Shown here: positions 39,845 through 49,932 of the stretch, piece by piece | Layout of the letters: each line of letters starts with the position of its first letter | Position numbering within the stretch: position 1 is the first letter of the stretch | Origin: Candidatus Woesearchaeota archaeon | GTDB lineage: Archaea; Nanobdellota; Nanobdellia; Woesearchaeales; SKIA01 | DNA length: 64,000 nucleotides | Assembly (NCBI GenBank): GCA_046704725.1 | Contig: JBJKRI010000006.1 | Coordinates: 160,001-224,000 of the forward strand | Direction of reading: 5' to 3' | Notes under the pieces: generated by a model | Told to the model about the DNA's origin: nothing | The model's database searches: none | What the model saw: only the letters and a program-made list of their open reading frames with translations | Program-made: the position numbers and the translations under genes

Positions 39845-41199
39845 AACTTGAGTCCTGGCATGCCGCCGCCACCCATGCGCTTCATGAGTTTTTGCATCTG
39901 CTTCTCGGAGCTCTTGCCCTTGAGCATCTTCATCATCTTCTTGGACTGGCGGTACTGCTTGAGCATCTGCCGCAATTCCTTCTCGGGCTGCCCCGAGCCG
40001 GCGCTGATGCGCGCGATGCGCGCGGCATTGATGGCCTCCGGATCTTCCAATTCACGCTTGGTCATGCTGTCCATGAGATAACGCCATTTCTCCAACGACG
40101 CCTCCTGGGCCTGCAAGGCCTCCTTGGGGATGCCCGCGGCCGACATACCAGGGATCATATCGAGGACCTTGTTCAAGGGACCCATCTTCTTCATGGCCTG
40201 CATCTGCTCATGCATGTCAAGAAGCGAGAAGTCGCCCTTGAGCAGTTTCTTGGTGAGATCCTGCGCCTCCTCCTCGTCGATCGCGAGCTTGGCCTTCTCC
40301 AACAACGCTTCCATGTCGCCCATGCCCAGGAGGCGACCGACGAAGTTCTTGGGGCGGAACTCCTCGAGTGCGTCGATCTTCTCGCCGACGCCGACGAACA
40401 CGACCGGAGCGCCGGTCACGGCACACGCGGACAAGGCGCCGCCGCCCTTGGCGGTGCCGTCGAGCTTGGTGATGACGACGCCCGTGACGCCGACGGCGTC
40501 GTGGAACATCTGCGCCTGCTTTTGCGCGGACTGGCCGAGGTCGGCCGCGATGACGAGCAGCTTGGCATCGGCCTGCACGGCCTTGTCGATGCTCGATATC
40601 TCGTCCACGAGCTCGTCGTTGAGGGCGTCGCGTCCTGCCGTGTCGCAGACGACGATGTCCGCTTCCTTCGCTTCAGATGCGAACTTCTTCCAGATCTTCG
40701 CGGGGTCCTTCTCCTTCGGATCGCCGTAGACGGGGACGCCCACCTGAGCGCCGAGTTGCTTGAGCTGCTCGAAGGCCGCGGGACGCCACGTGTCCGTGGA
40801 CACCAAGGCGACCTTCTTTCCGCGCGTGGTGAAGTACTTGGCGAGCTTGCCCGCCAGGGTCGTCTTGCCGTTGCCGAACAGGCCGACGAGCATGATGACA
40901 AACGGCTTCTTGGAGATTGTGAGACCCTTGGAGTCGCCGCCGAGGAACGTCGTGAGCTCCTCGTAGACGATGTTAAGGAGCTGCTCTTTCTTGGTGAGGC
41001 CCGCGGGGGTGGGCTGCTTGGCGCGCTCCTTGATGTTATTCGATAGCTCGAAGACGAGCTTGACGTTGACGTCGGAATGCAGAAGCGAGCGCTGGATGTC
41101 CTTGACGATCTCGTTGATGAGCTTCTCGTCGACGTAGACCGCGCCCGTCAGCTTGCTGAGGGCTTTTCGCAGGCCGTCTCCGAGGTTGTCGAGGACCAT
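39841..41199 (-). CDS. srp54: Signal recognition particle protein SRP54
   Basis: GLFGNGKTT, DTWRPAA, DTAGR, TKLDGTAKGGGALS; Met-rich M domain. Confidence 0.97.
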   Translation of the reverse strand: MVLDNLGDGLRKALSKLTGAVYVDEKLINEIVKDIQRSLLHSDVNVKLVFELSNNIKERAKQPTPAGLTKKEQLLNIVYEELTTFLGGDSKGLTISKKPFVIMLVGLFGNGKTTLAGKLAKYFTTRGKKVALVSTDTWRPAAFEQLKQLGAQVGVPVYGDPKEKDPAKIWKKFASEAKEADIVVCDTAGRDALNDELVDEISSIDKAVQADAKLLVIAADLGQSAQKQAQMFHDAVGVTGVVITKLDGTAKGGGALSACAVTGAPVVFVGVGEKIDALEEFRPKNFVGRLLGMGDMEALLEKAKLAIDEEEAQDLTKKLLKGDFSLLDMHEQMQAMKKMGPLNKVLDMIPGMSAAGIPKEALQAQEASLEKWRYLMDSMTKRELEDPEAINAARIARISAGSGQPEKELRQMLKQYRQSKKMMKMLKGKSSEKQMQKLMKRMGGGGMPGLKF

Positions 41200-41288
41200 G
41201 GTGGTGCAGAAACGCTTGGTGTTTATATTGGTGGGTGTTCGGGCGGAGCAGCATCACTTATAAACCGCCGTCGATTGCCAGCAGACAC

Positions 41289-41391
41289 GCGTCCGTGGTG
41301 CATCAGAGCGCGAGCGATGATGCCTCACGGAGGCCGATAGGCGTCCGTGGTGCCGCATGGCTCCGCAGGCGACACAAAGGCGTCCGTGGTG
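41289..41391 (+). repeat. Three direct copies of GCGTCCGTGGTG (tRNA-Gly nt 1-12)
   Basis: Copies at 41289-41300, 41341-41352 and 41380-41391. Confidence 0.85.
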
Positions 41392-41450
41392 TAGTGGTAA
41401 CACCCTGGCCTTCCAAGCCGGAGCTGCGGGTTCGATTCCCGCCGGGCGCA
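41380..41450 (+). tRNA. tRNA-Gly(TCC)
   Basis: Acceptor GCGTCCG/CGGGCGC-A; CTGGC-CTTCCAA-GCCGG; GCGGG-TTCGATT-CCCGC. Confidence 0.95.
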
Positions 41451-41490
41451 GTCAGCACGATTTTTATACTGCTCCCCGATTAGCGGACTC

Positions 41491-42129
41491 ATGACAGTCC
41501 TCGTGCTCGCTCCGCATCCAGACGACGAGGCCCTCGGGCCCGGAGGCACCATCGCACGACTGTCCAGCCAGGGCGAGCGCGTCGTCGTGGTCATCTTCAG
41601 CATGGGCGAGGGCAGCCATCCCTGGCAGCGCCAGGAAGCCATCATCGAGACCCGCAGGAAAGAGGCGTTGGAGGCGAGCAAGATCCTCGGCACGGCAGAG
41701 ACCATCTTCTTCGCGCTCAAGGATTTCTCGCTGGGGACGGAGATCGTCGAGAAGGATGTCGCTTCGCAACTCTACGAGGTCATCGAGCGTGAGAAACCGC
41801 GCATGATCTTCACGACGGCTGTGGACGACTGGTATCCCGACCATCGCGCCGTGGCCAACCTGGTCATCGCCGTTCACGACAAGCACAAGCTCCAGACGCC
41901 GATCTGGATGTACACCGTGTGGAATCCATTGTACACGAAGTACCGCAACCAACCACGATTGGTGGTGGACATCACCAAGCAGTTCCGCACGAAATGGCGC
42001 GCCATCCACGCGCACCAGAGCCAGAAGATCAGCACCTACCAACTCATTCCGACAGTCATGCTGCGCAGCTTCATCCACGGGCTGCGGCACGGCTACCAGA
42101 TGGCAGAGGTGTTCTTGAAAGCACGATGA
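41491..42129 (+). CDS. PIG-L/LmbE family deacetylase
   Basis: APHPDDE.LG.GGT, RRKEA, PDH and H.SQ motifs. Confidence 0.9.
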   Translation: MTVLVLAPHPDDEALGPGGTIARLSSQGERVVVVIFSMGEGSHPWQRQEAIIETRRKEALEASKILGTAETIFFALKDFSLGTEIVEKDVASQLYEVIEREKPRMIFTTAVDDWYPDHRAVANLVIAVHDKHKLQTPIWMYTVWNPLYTKYRNQPRLVVDITKQFRTKWRAIHAHQSQKISTYQLIPTVMLRSFIHGLRHGYQMAEVFLKAR

Positions 42130-43235
42130 AGATCCTTATCGCCACGGACAACTACCCGCCGCGCTACGACGGCATCAGCCGCTTCCTGCAGGAGATCATC
42201 CCCGCATTGCGCACGAAGCACGAGGTGCACGTCATCGCCCCGGACTTCGGGCCGACAGACGACGACTGGCCCGTCACCAAACTGCCTGTGGTACGCTGGC
42301 GCGTCGGCGACTTCCATCCCGCGGCGCTGCATCCGTTCCGCATCTTCACGGCCGTCCGCAAGGCGGAGGTCGTCTTCCTGCAGTCACTGGGGAGCGTCGG
42401 CATGATCGCGGCGTTCTGGGCCAAAATGCTTCGCAAGCGCATCGTGTTCTACACACACAGCATCGAGTGGGAACTCCTGCCGCGCGCTCTCGGGGGACAG
42501 GTGTCGCGCCGCCTGCTCCCGCGCATCCTACAGGCCATCGACCGCGTGGTCTACGGGTGGTGCTCGTTGCTGCTGGTTCCCTCCACGAACATCAGCGAGA
42601 CATTGTACTGGCACCGCATCGAGGGAAAACGCGTCATCATCAACCTCGGGGTCGACACGAAGAAGTTCGTTCCCGCGAAGAGCAAAGCGGCGGCGAAGAA
42701 GCGCGTCGGCATCGAACCGGACGCTTTCGTTGTCGGCTACCACGGACGGCTCGCGAGGGAGAAGGACTTACGCACCCTGCTGCGCGGCTACCTACGCTTC
42801 GCGGCCAAGCACGAGAACACGCATTTGTTGATCGTCGGGGACGGGCTGCGCGAGATACGCAGGCTGTTCGAGCGCGACGGCGTTACCGTCACTGGATTCC
42901 AGGAGGATGTCGTTCCTTTCCTGCAGGCGATGGACGCCTACGTGCTCTCCTCATTGACGGAGACGAGCTGTCTGTCCGTCATGGAGGCAATGGCGTGCGG
43001 GATACCTGTCGTGAGCACGCCTGTCGGCTACGTCCAGGACTACATCAAGGATGGAAAGAACGGGCTGCTGTTCGCCGAACGCGACACCGTCGCGCTGGCC
43101 AAGTATCTCACCGAGCTCGCGGAGAACAAGAAGCTGCGCACCCGTTTAGGCCGGAACGCACGCAATTCGATAATACGGCGTTTCGGCTGGGACAAGACCA
43201 GGGAACAGGTGCTCGACGTGTTCGACCGGCTGTGA
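42126..43235 (+). CDS. Glycosyltransferase family 4
   Basis: MKILIATDNYPP..DG, GRLAREKD, S..ET..LSVMEAMACGIPVV motifs. Confidence 0.92.
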   Translation: MKILIATDNYPPRYDGISRFLQEIIPALRTKHEVHVIAPDFGPTDDDWPVTKLPVVRWRVGDFHPAALHPFRIFTAVRKAEVVFLQSLGSVGMIAAFWAKMLRKRIVFYTHSIEWELLPRALGGQVSRRLLPRILQAIDRVVYGWCSLLLVPSTNISETLYWHRIEGKRVIINLGVDTKKFVPAKSKAAAKKRVGIEPDAFVVGYHGRLAREKDLRTLLRGYLRFAAKHENTHLLIVGDGLREIRRLFERDGVTVTGFQEDVVPFLQAMDAYVLSSLTETSCLSVMEAMACGIPVVSTPVGYVQDYIKDGKNGLLFAERDTVALAKYLTELAENKKLRTRLGRNARNSIIRRFGWDKTREQVLDVFDRL

Positions 43236-43238
43236 GCG

Positions 43239-44081
43239 TCAATCGACCATCTGCGAGGGCCACTTGCCCCAACGGGTGTTCAGGATCTCGCGCGCCGACG
43301 CGCCGTCCATGCTCATGCCCAAAGTGTCCTTGAGCATACGCTTCCCCCAATGCCTGAAGCGCAGATCAGATACACCATTCTTCCGCAATCGCTTCAGATG
43401 GACCTCGAGCTGCGTCCTGCCGAGGAGTTCGACGGCGCCGCTCCGCTCCCATGGTCTACGCGCAGCGGCTCCGGTCGAGAGCAGCGCGTCCAACGCGGCG
43501 AGCTCGCTCACGTATTGCAACGCACTGCCTGCGTACTCGGGACGATCGATGATCTCTATCGGCTCTTCGAGGAAAGAGGACGCGCATCGGGTCGCCGCCT
43601 CAGCGATGAGCCTAGTGGCATGAAACAATCCTGCGTCCCAAGTGAGACGATTCGGAGCGATATCGAACTCTCGCGCCCAGATATCGACCGCGATTGCGAT
43701 GTCGTCTTGGATCTGTTCGCGGGTGTCCAGTCCGGTGTTCGCCCTGTATCGCAGCACCTCCGGACCCTGGATGACGAGCACCCCCTGACGACCATCCCCC
43801 ATCGCCCGATAATCCTTATTGATGACGACCTCGCCCGGGAAGTCGGTGAACTGGAAGAGGATTTCCGCAAGGGCGGCATAGGCCTGGGAATTGTTCCAGG
43901 AACGATAGTCGCGCGTGCGCACATACTCGTGCTCCCTTTTCTGACGGCGACGCATCAAACGGTCATAGTGCCGTCCGGCATCGAGGAAAGAGCTCTCCGC
44001 GGCCTGCGCGTAGGAGTTCGCGATCGTCTGAGAGACAGGAACGGCGGTGATTGTTCCATCGGTCAGTCGGTCCAAGCCCAT
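43239..44081 (-). CDS. Hypothetical protein
   Basis: 280-aa ORF; TTTTATAT box upstream on the minus strand (~44106-44113). Confidence 0.6.
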   Translation of the reverse strand: MGLDRLTDGTITAVPVSQTIANSYAQAAESSFLDAGRHYDRLMRRRQKREHEYVRTRDYRSWNNSQAYAALAEILFQFTDFPGEVVINKDYRAMGDGRQGVLVIQGPEVLRYRANTGLDTREQIQDDIAIAVDIWAREFDIAPNRLTWDAGLFHATRLIAEAATRCASSFLEEPIEIIDRPEYAGSALQYVSELAALDALLSTGAAARRPWERSGAVELLGRTQLEVHLKRLRKNGVSDLRFRHWGKRMLKDTLGMSMDGASAREILNTRWGKWPSQMVD

Positions 44082-44171
44082 TGGGTCCTCACGGAGAAGT
44101 GGTCAATATAAAAGGATATTGGGGAGAAGCGAACGGAAAGGAACGAATAGGCTCTCCAAGCCCTGCCTCAA

Positions 44172-45803
44172 TCATCGATGCTTCTCTTCCTCCCGCTCAG
44201 GGATTTCGAGGGGCTGGAAGCCGAGAATACGCCTCCCGAGCTGCGGACCCCGGACCCCATTCAGGATGTACGTGACGAGCTTCTTGCATTGAGGGCGCAT
44301 CTCGTAGGAAAATTGTCTCGCGGACCACTTATCCTGCCCGTGCCGGAGGAAGCGAGACGCGTACTTGATATTAGCACGCGTGACGTCTTTCACGATGCTC
44401 GCATGCACAGCGGCTTCACCAGAAGGATCGCCGTAGAGCAAGGCGCTGTCCAAGGCCCAGGCATCAGAGACGATTGAACGACGCAGGTTCTCGATGAACA
44501 CCTCTGTTCCGTCCATCGGCGCTTGGACATCCCGCAGGGATGCGTGGTAGAGCATGACCGCCATGGTGCTCAAGTGCTGAAGCTCGTGGAAAGATTCAGG
44601 CTCCTTGCCGATGCCGTAGGCATACACTAACCGGCTCACGCCTTCATGGAGCCCTGCGAGGAAGTCAGTGGCCGAATCCCACTCGGACGGCGGGACAGAA
44701 GCGACCGCCGGTAGGCGAGGCAGAGGAGGCATGGCATACACATCGCTCTCCCTCTCTTGGAACATCAATGGCAATGAGAAGCCGAACACCGTCTTACTGA
44801 CCTTCCTGCTCAGATGGGCGAGCGAGCGGTTCTCCGGATTGTCGACGAAGCCGAGATATCGCGAGGACCATTCCTTATAGGCGTCCTCCGCCTGCGCAAC
44901 AGGATCGATCATCCCTTTCGGGAAGAAGATGGGCAGGGCGTTTTCAAGGGTCTCCGCGCTGACAGTCCAATCGGGCGGAAAGTGCGTATCGGCGAGATCG
45001 CTCGGCGCCAATCCGGAGACATCATGGAACAAGGCTCTCCCGTGGGATTCCTCGCTGCGCTCGGAGAGATAGGCAGCTATCCGGTCCATACCCCTCACGA
45101 ACCAGTCGCGATGCTCAATCCTAGCATCCACCCCACGCACAGTTGAGCGCAGATAGGACTGAATCACTTCGGAGCGCGAGACATCCAGCAGCGCGAGCGA
45201 TTGTTCATCGCCGAGCAGCGTATCCAAAGCGAGCGCTCCCCCGATGAGCGAGACGGATATGTCGAGGTAGGGTGGAAAGTCGAAATCATAGGAGATCGTG
45301 AGATTGGACAGGCTCGCCAGATACAGACCGGACAGAGCGTCCTTCAGGCAATCGAACAAACGGGCGTCCTTATGCCGCATCGTCCCATTATTCTTGTCAT
45401 AGAAGAAGTGCAAGGGCCAGTCGCGCACCCGGCGCTGGAGGACGGGAAGCAGCCGCCTGCGCTCGTCCAGAGTGATATCGAGCGGAAGGGTGTTAATCCT
45501 CAGACCGTCACGCGTTTCCATCCGCCTGGAATCGGCATGCTGCGCGATCAACGGGAAACTCGTCAATCCATAGGCAGCCTCCAGCAACGTAGTGACCTCA
45601 TCGGTCGCCACGATCGCGTTGGCATACCTGTCAGGGTCCCGCACGCGCATATCCGCGAGCGAAGCGCGCGCCATATCCTCGAGCGTGGTGATGACCCTCG
45701 ATGCGTCCTCAATCGGCATCTCGTCCGAATACGGCAAGAATATACCTGAACGCACGACAGGAAAGACATTGACAGGTCGCTCCGAGGCCGTCTCTTCTAC
45801 CAT
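44172..45803 (-). CDS. Hypothetical protein
   Basis: Long ORF (~540 aa) with no recognisable motif. Confidence 0.65.
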   Translation of the reverse strand: MVEETASERPVNVFPVVRSGIFLPYSDEMPIEDASRVITTLEDMARASLADMRVRDPDRYANAIVATDEVTTLLEAAYGLTSFPLIAQHADSRRMETRDGLRINTLPLDITLDERRRLLPVLQRRVRDWPLHFFYDKNNGTMRHKDARLFDCLKDALSGLYLASLSNLTISYDFDFPPYLDISVSLIGGALALDTLLGDEQSLALLDVSRSEVIQSYLRSTVRGVDARIEHRDWFVRGMDRIAAYLSERSEESHGRALFHDVSGLAPSDLADTHFPPDWTVSAETLENALPIFFPKGMIDPVAQAEDAYKEWSSRYLGFVDNPENRSLAHLSRKVSKTVFGFSLPLMFQERESDVYAMPPLPRLPAVASVPPSEWDSATDFLAGLHEGVSRLVYAYGIGKEPESFHELQHLSTMAVMLYHASLRDVQAPMDGTEVFIENLRRSIVSDAWALDSALLYGDPSGEAAVHASIVKDVTRANIKYASRFLRHGQDKWSARQFSYEMRPQCKKLVTYILNGVRGPQLGRRILGFQPLEIPEREEEKHR

Positions 45804-45848
45804 CACTCCCCAAGGATAATTCAAGACGCCTGCTTAAATGCTTTGCGC

Positions 45849-48800
45849 TCAGAGCTTGAGGCTCGTCACCTGGGATTCGCCGTGCTCGTTCATGGAGACG
45901 CCGAAAAGCGTGTCGGCCTCGCTGATGATCGTGTCGTTGTGGCTGATCATGATGTACTGCGCGCCGTCGCTGTAGGAGCGCACGAGCTTGGCGAGACGCT
46001 CGCTGTTCTTCTTGTCGAGCGCGGCGTCCACCTCGTCTAGCACGTAGAACGACGCAGGTTCGTACTCCTGGATGGCGAACAAGAACGCCAAGGCGGTCAT
46101 CGTCTTCTCGCCGCCCGACAAGGAGCGGATATCCATGAACTTCTTTCCCGTGAGGCGCACTCGGATGTTGAGCCCGCCCGCGAACGGGTCGTCAGGGACC
46201 TCCAGTTCGAGGAAGGCCTCTCCCTTGCGCGAAAGCGTGAGGAAAATCTCCTTGAAGTGCCCCTCGATAGCGTTGAAGGTCCTCATGAAGAGCTCGCGCT
46301 TCTTCGCGTCGATCTCGTTGATCATGACGAGCACGTCCTCGCGCTCCCCGCCGAGCACCTCTTTCTTCTCGACGAGCGAGGCGTACTCGCTCTCCACGCG
46401 CTCGTACATCTCGAGCGCCTTCATGTTGACGGCGCCCATTTCCTGGACCATGCGCTCGAACTGCGCGATCTCGCGCTGGATGTCGGCGTCGGCCTTCGTC
46501 TTGAACGGCTCGACGCCCTCGTACTCCTTGGCCTCCTCCTCGATACCGGCGAGCTCGGCCTTAAGCGAGGCGAGCTGGATGCTCGAAGCGTTGCGCGCGT
46601 GCTCGGACTTGCGGACCTTGTCCTCCTCGACGATCACCTTCTCCTCGCGCTTAGTGACCTCGTCCTGGAGCTTCTGACGCTCCTCGAACAAGCCCTTGAA
46701 CTGCTTGCGGAACTCCGCCTCCTTCTTCTCCTTGACGGACAGGTCCTTCTGCAGGGACGCGAGCTCCTTTCCGAGCGTGTCCTGCTCTTTCATGAACGAG
46801 GCGCGCTCCTTCTCCTGCTGGTCGAGGATCTTGTCGATGTTCTCGAGCTCGGGACGATGAATGCTGTCGATCTGTCCCTTCAACGAATCGGCCTGCGTGC
46901 GGATCTCCGCGATCTCCACGCCGATCTTCTGCTTCTGCTGCTCGAAGGTGTTGAGCTCGGCGAGGAGCTGCGGGCTGCGCAGCGCGGTCACTTTCTCGCG
47001 CAACGAGTGCTTCTCTGTCTTGAGCTTGGCGAGCTCCTTGTTCTTCGCGCTCACGTCAGCGACGACAGCGTCGATGTCTTTCTCGAGCGCTTTGGCGCGC
47101 TCCTTCAACGATTGCTTCTCGCCCTTGGACGCATCGACGTCATCGGAATCGATATGCAGCTCGCGCTCCAACGAAGCGACCTCGTCCTCAAGCTTGTGGC
47201 GACGAGAACGCAGGTCCTCGATATCCTTCGTGAGGGACTCCTGCTCCTTTGACAAACGGGACGCGACGCTCTGCAGGTCAGCCACTTCCTTCTCCAGCTC
47301 GGCGAGACGGCCCGCCACCTCTTCCTCGACGAAGCCTACGCCCTTGGCGCGCGCGCGGTACCCGCCGCTCATGGCACCGGAGGTCTCGACGAGATCGCCC
47401 TGCAAGGTCACCATGCGCACGCGACCGATACCGACCTTTCGCGCGGTGTCCAGGTCCTTGACGACCAGCGTGCTTCCCAGCGCGTGCTGGAAGGCCTTCT
47501 CGAACCGCTTGTCGAAACTGACGAGGTCGATGGCAAGCCCGTGCACGCCGGACTGCTTGAGGTTTCGCAGTTCAGCAGGGATCGGACGGGAGGAGAGCTT
47601 GTTGAGCGGGAGGAAAGTGGCGACGCCGCTGCGGCTGCGCTTGAGCTGCGCGATGCAATCCTGCGCGGTGCGGTCGTCCTCGACGACGATGCTGCGCAGC
47701 CGTCCGCCGGCCGCGATCTCGAGCGCGAGGGAATACTGCTCGGAGACGCGTCCTAATTCAGCGACGGTGCCGTGGATCTTCTTGTTCTTGCTGCGCAGGG
47801 CGAGTATCTCCTGCGTGGCCCTGCCCGCTGCGGTGCGCTCTTGCGCCGCGGCCTGCCGGGCGCGCACCTTGGCGAGCTCTTGCTCGCGGGTCTCGAGCTT
47901 GCCGCGAGCGGTCTGCAGTTCAGAGACGACAGCTGAGGAACGGTCGAGCTTGCCGTCGAGCTCGCGCTTGACGCCAGCGAGCTCCGAGCGGGCGGCCTTG
48001 AGCCGGGCGAGCTGGGTCTTGTTCTCTTTTTGCGCCTCAAGCACTTTCGCCATACGTTCATCGATGGTCTGTATCTGGTACTCGAGCCTGTCCTTGTCGC
48101 GCAGCAATTCCTGCTGCTTCTCGCGCAAGGACTGTATCTCCTGCTGGAGACTGTCGGCGGCCGAGTCGATCTCCTGGATGCGCCCGTCCATGCCGGACGC
48201 TCCCTCGAGGTCGTGCTTCTTGCGCAACGCATCCGCCTTCGCCTCCAGGCGGCTGCGGTCCTTCTCGCGCGCGGCGATGCGTTTGTGCGCGGCGGCGATG
48301 TCCTTCTCGAGCTGGGCGACCCGTTGCTCTGTCGATTTCTTGTTCTCCTCGAGGCTCTTGCGCCGCTCGGCGATGCGCGACAGCTCCTGGGTGAGCTGCT
48401 CGGTGCGCTGCTTCTTGACGGCGAGGTCCACCTTGAGCTGCTCGACCTCGCGATGGAGCGCGACCTGCTCTTTCTCGCCGCGCTCCTCGATCTCTCGCGT
48501 GACCTTGTCGATGCCGCGCTTGTTCTCGACGATCTCCTTTTTCAGCGCGTCGATGCGCTCTTGGACCGCGGCGATGCCGCTCTCCTCCTTCTCGATCTTG
48601 CTCTCGAGCTCGGCGATGCGCGACTTGCGCTCGTCGGCCTTGCGCACGAGGACTGTTGCCTTGTTGCGCTTGAGCTTGTCGTCGAGCTCCTTGAACTTGA
48701 GCGCCTGGTCGCGTTCCTTCTTGAGCTCCTTGAGGTAGGTGTTGCGCTCGGCGAGAACGATCTCGGCCTCCTTGAGCTGCTGGTCCACGCGGTCGAGCTC

Positions 48801-49379
48801 GCGCTCGGCCTTGGCTTTTTTCTCCTCGTAGATGCTGATGCCGCTGATCTCCTCGATGATGCCTCGCCGCTCGTTGGGGCTCATCTCCACCAAACGGATG
48901 ATATCGCCCTGCAATATGATGTTGTAGCCGTCGGGATTGATGCGCGCGTGGCTGAGCAAATCGACGATCTGCGTGCGCGTCGCGGTCTCGTCGTTGATGA
49001 GATAGTCGGAAGAGCCGCTCTGCTTGACGACGCGGCTGATCTTGATCTCTTTCTCCTTGACGGGGAACACGCCGCTGGCGTTGTCGAAATAGATATGGAC
49101 CTCACCCTGCTTGGCGGGATTCTTGGTCTTGCCGCCGTTGTAGATGAGGTTCGCGGTCTTCTCGGCGCGCAATCCCTTGCTGCCCGCTTTTCCCAGAACG
49201 AAGCACAAGGCGTCGAGCACATTGCTCTTTCCCGAACCATTCGGGCCGAGGATGCAGTTGAAGTCAGGGCCGTAGGGGACGTCCACCTTATGCGCGAAGC
49301 TCTTGAAACCCTTCATCTCCATCCGAGTGATACGGGTGGTCAGGTGCTTCTGTTCGGAGACGCTCTCTTGCTCGGCCAC
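45849..49379 (-). CDS. smc: Chromosome segregation protein SMC
   Basis: GFKSF, GPNGSGKSN, coiled coils, hinge (G.ATFLPL, GAMSGG), LSGGEK, LDEVDAALD. Confidence 0.97.
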   Translation of the reverse strand: MAEQESVSEQKHLTTRITRMEMKGFKSFAHKVDVPYGPDFNCILGPNGSGKSNVLDALCFVLGKAGSKGLRAEKTANLIYNGGKTKNPAKQGEVHIYFDNASGVFPVKEKEIKISRVVKQSGSSDYLINDETATRTQIVDLLSHARINPDGYNIILQGDIIRLVEMSPNERRGIIEEISGISIYEEKKAKAERELDRVDQQLKEAEIVLAERNTYLKELKKERDQALKFKELDDKLKRNKATVLVRKADERKSRIAELESKIEKEESGIAAVQERIDALKKEIVENKRGIDKVTREIEERGEKEQVALHREVEQLKVDLAVKKQRTEQLTQELSRIAERRKSLEENKKSTEQRVAQLEKDIAAAHKRIAAREKDRSRLEAKADALRKKHDLEGASGMDGRIQEIDSAADSLQQEIQSLREKQQELLRDKDRLEYQIQTIDERMAKVLEAQKENKTQLARLKAARSELAGVKRELDGKLDRSSAVVSELQTARGKLETREQELAKVRARQAAAQERTAAGRATQEILALRSKNKKIHGTVAELGRVSEQYSLALEIAAGGRLRSIVVEDDRTAQDCIAQLKRSRSGVATFLPLNKLSSRPIPAELRNLKQSGVHGLAIDLVSFDKRFEKAFQHALGSTLVVKDLDTARKVGIGRVRMVTLQGDLVETSGAMSGGYRARAKGVGFVEEEVAGRLAELEKEVADLQSVASRLSKEQESLTKDIEDLRSRRHKLEDEVASLERELHIDSDDVDASKGEKQSLKERAKALEKDIDAVVADVSAKNKELAKLKTEKHSLREKVTALRSPQLLAELNTFEQQKQKIGVEIAEIRTQADSLKGQIDSIHRPELENIDKILDQQEKERASFMKEQDTLGKELASLQKDLSVKEKKEAEFRKQFKGLFEERQKLQDEVTKREEKVIVEEDKVRKSEHARNASSIQLASLKAELAGIEEEAKEYEGVEPFKTKADADIQREIAQFERMVQEMGAVNMKALEMYERVESEYASLVEKKEVLGGEREDVLVMINEIDAKKRELFMRTFNAIEGHFKEIFLTLSRKGEAFLELEVPDDPFAGGLNIRVRLTGKKFMDIRSLSGGEKTMTALAFLFAIQEYEPASFYVLDEVDAALDKKNSERLAKLVRSYSDGAQYIMISHNDTIISEADTLFGVSMNEHGESQVTSLKL

Positions 49380-49438
49380 GGGTGGATGTGGGCAGGATGT
49401 GCGTATTTAAAGGTTTTCGTGACGGACGAAAACGTCCT

Positions 49439-49642
49439 GCTGTTTCTGCGGTGTCTCGTACGTCCGGGCGATACGCAAGGCGTACGCCATCGGGCACCAT
49501 CCGCAAGGGTCTTCAGAAGGGCGTCCGTCCGGCTCCGGGAGTCCCTTCGCGCGAAGGGGTCCATGATAGGTGGATGACGGGGGAGGCGCGACGGGAGGCT
49601 TAGTCACCATAGCCGTGCATCGAGACGCCTGCATAAAACAGT
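49439..49642 (+). ncRNA. Candidate structured non-coding RNA of unknown family
   Basis: 5' and 3' ends pair (GCTGTTT/AAACAGT; GGTGTCTCG/CGAGACGCC); internal hairpins; TTTAAAGG ~33 nt upstream. Confidence 0.45.
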
Positions 49643-49647
49643 TTCCC

Positions 49648-49932
49648 TCAACGCAACTTCCTGTACAGAGTTGCGGCTTTTCTTAGAAACGGCATCGCCT
49701 GGTCTAGAGCTTCTTTCGTGAAGCTGCCTCGCGCGAGAATGCGGGAAGCCTCTTCGAGGAGGTGTTGAAAGTTTTCTGCCCGTCGAGCGTTCGGTCCACT
49801 CACGGCCAGACGCTTCGCCTTTTCCTCCACTTCCAAGAGGATACGAGCCGCATCCTCCCGCTGGTGGGGCGTCTCGGCTTTCTGAAGTCCTCGCATCGCC
49901 ACGTCGAAGAGGCCTCTATCGAATTCACTCAT
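49648..49932 (-). CDS. Small helical hypothetical protein
   Basis: ATGA-coupled downstream of rnhB. Confidence 0.6.
   Translation of the reverse strand: MSEFDRGLFDVAMRGLQKAETPHQREDAARILLEVEEKAKRLAVSGPNARRAENFQHLLEEASRILARGSFTKEALDQAMPFLRKAATLYRKLR

Noticed and set aside
49404-49642. Assignment of the structured region as RNase P RNA, SRP RNA or a group II intron remnant
   Set aside because: The diagnostic motifs (GAGGAAAGTCC and ACAGAA..GGCTTA; CAGG-GNRA-AGCA; domain V) were not convincingly found, so it is left unassigned.
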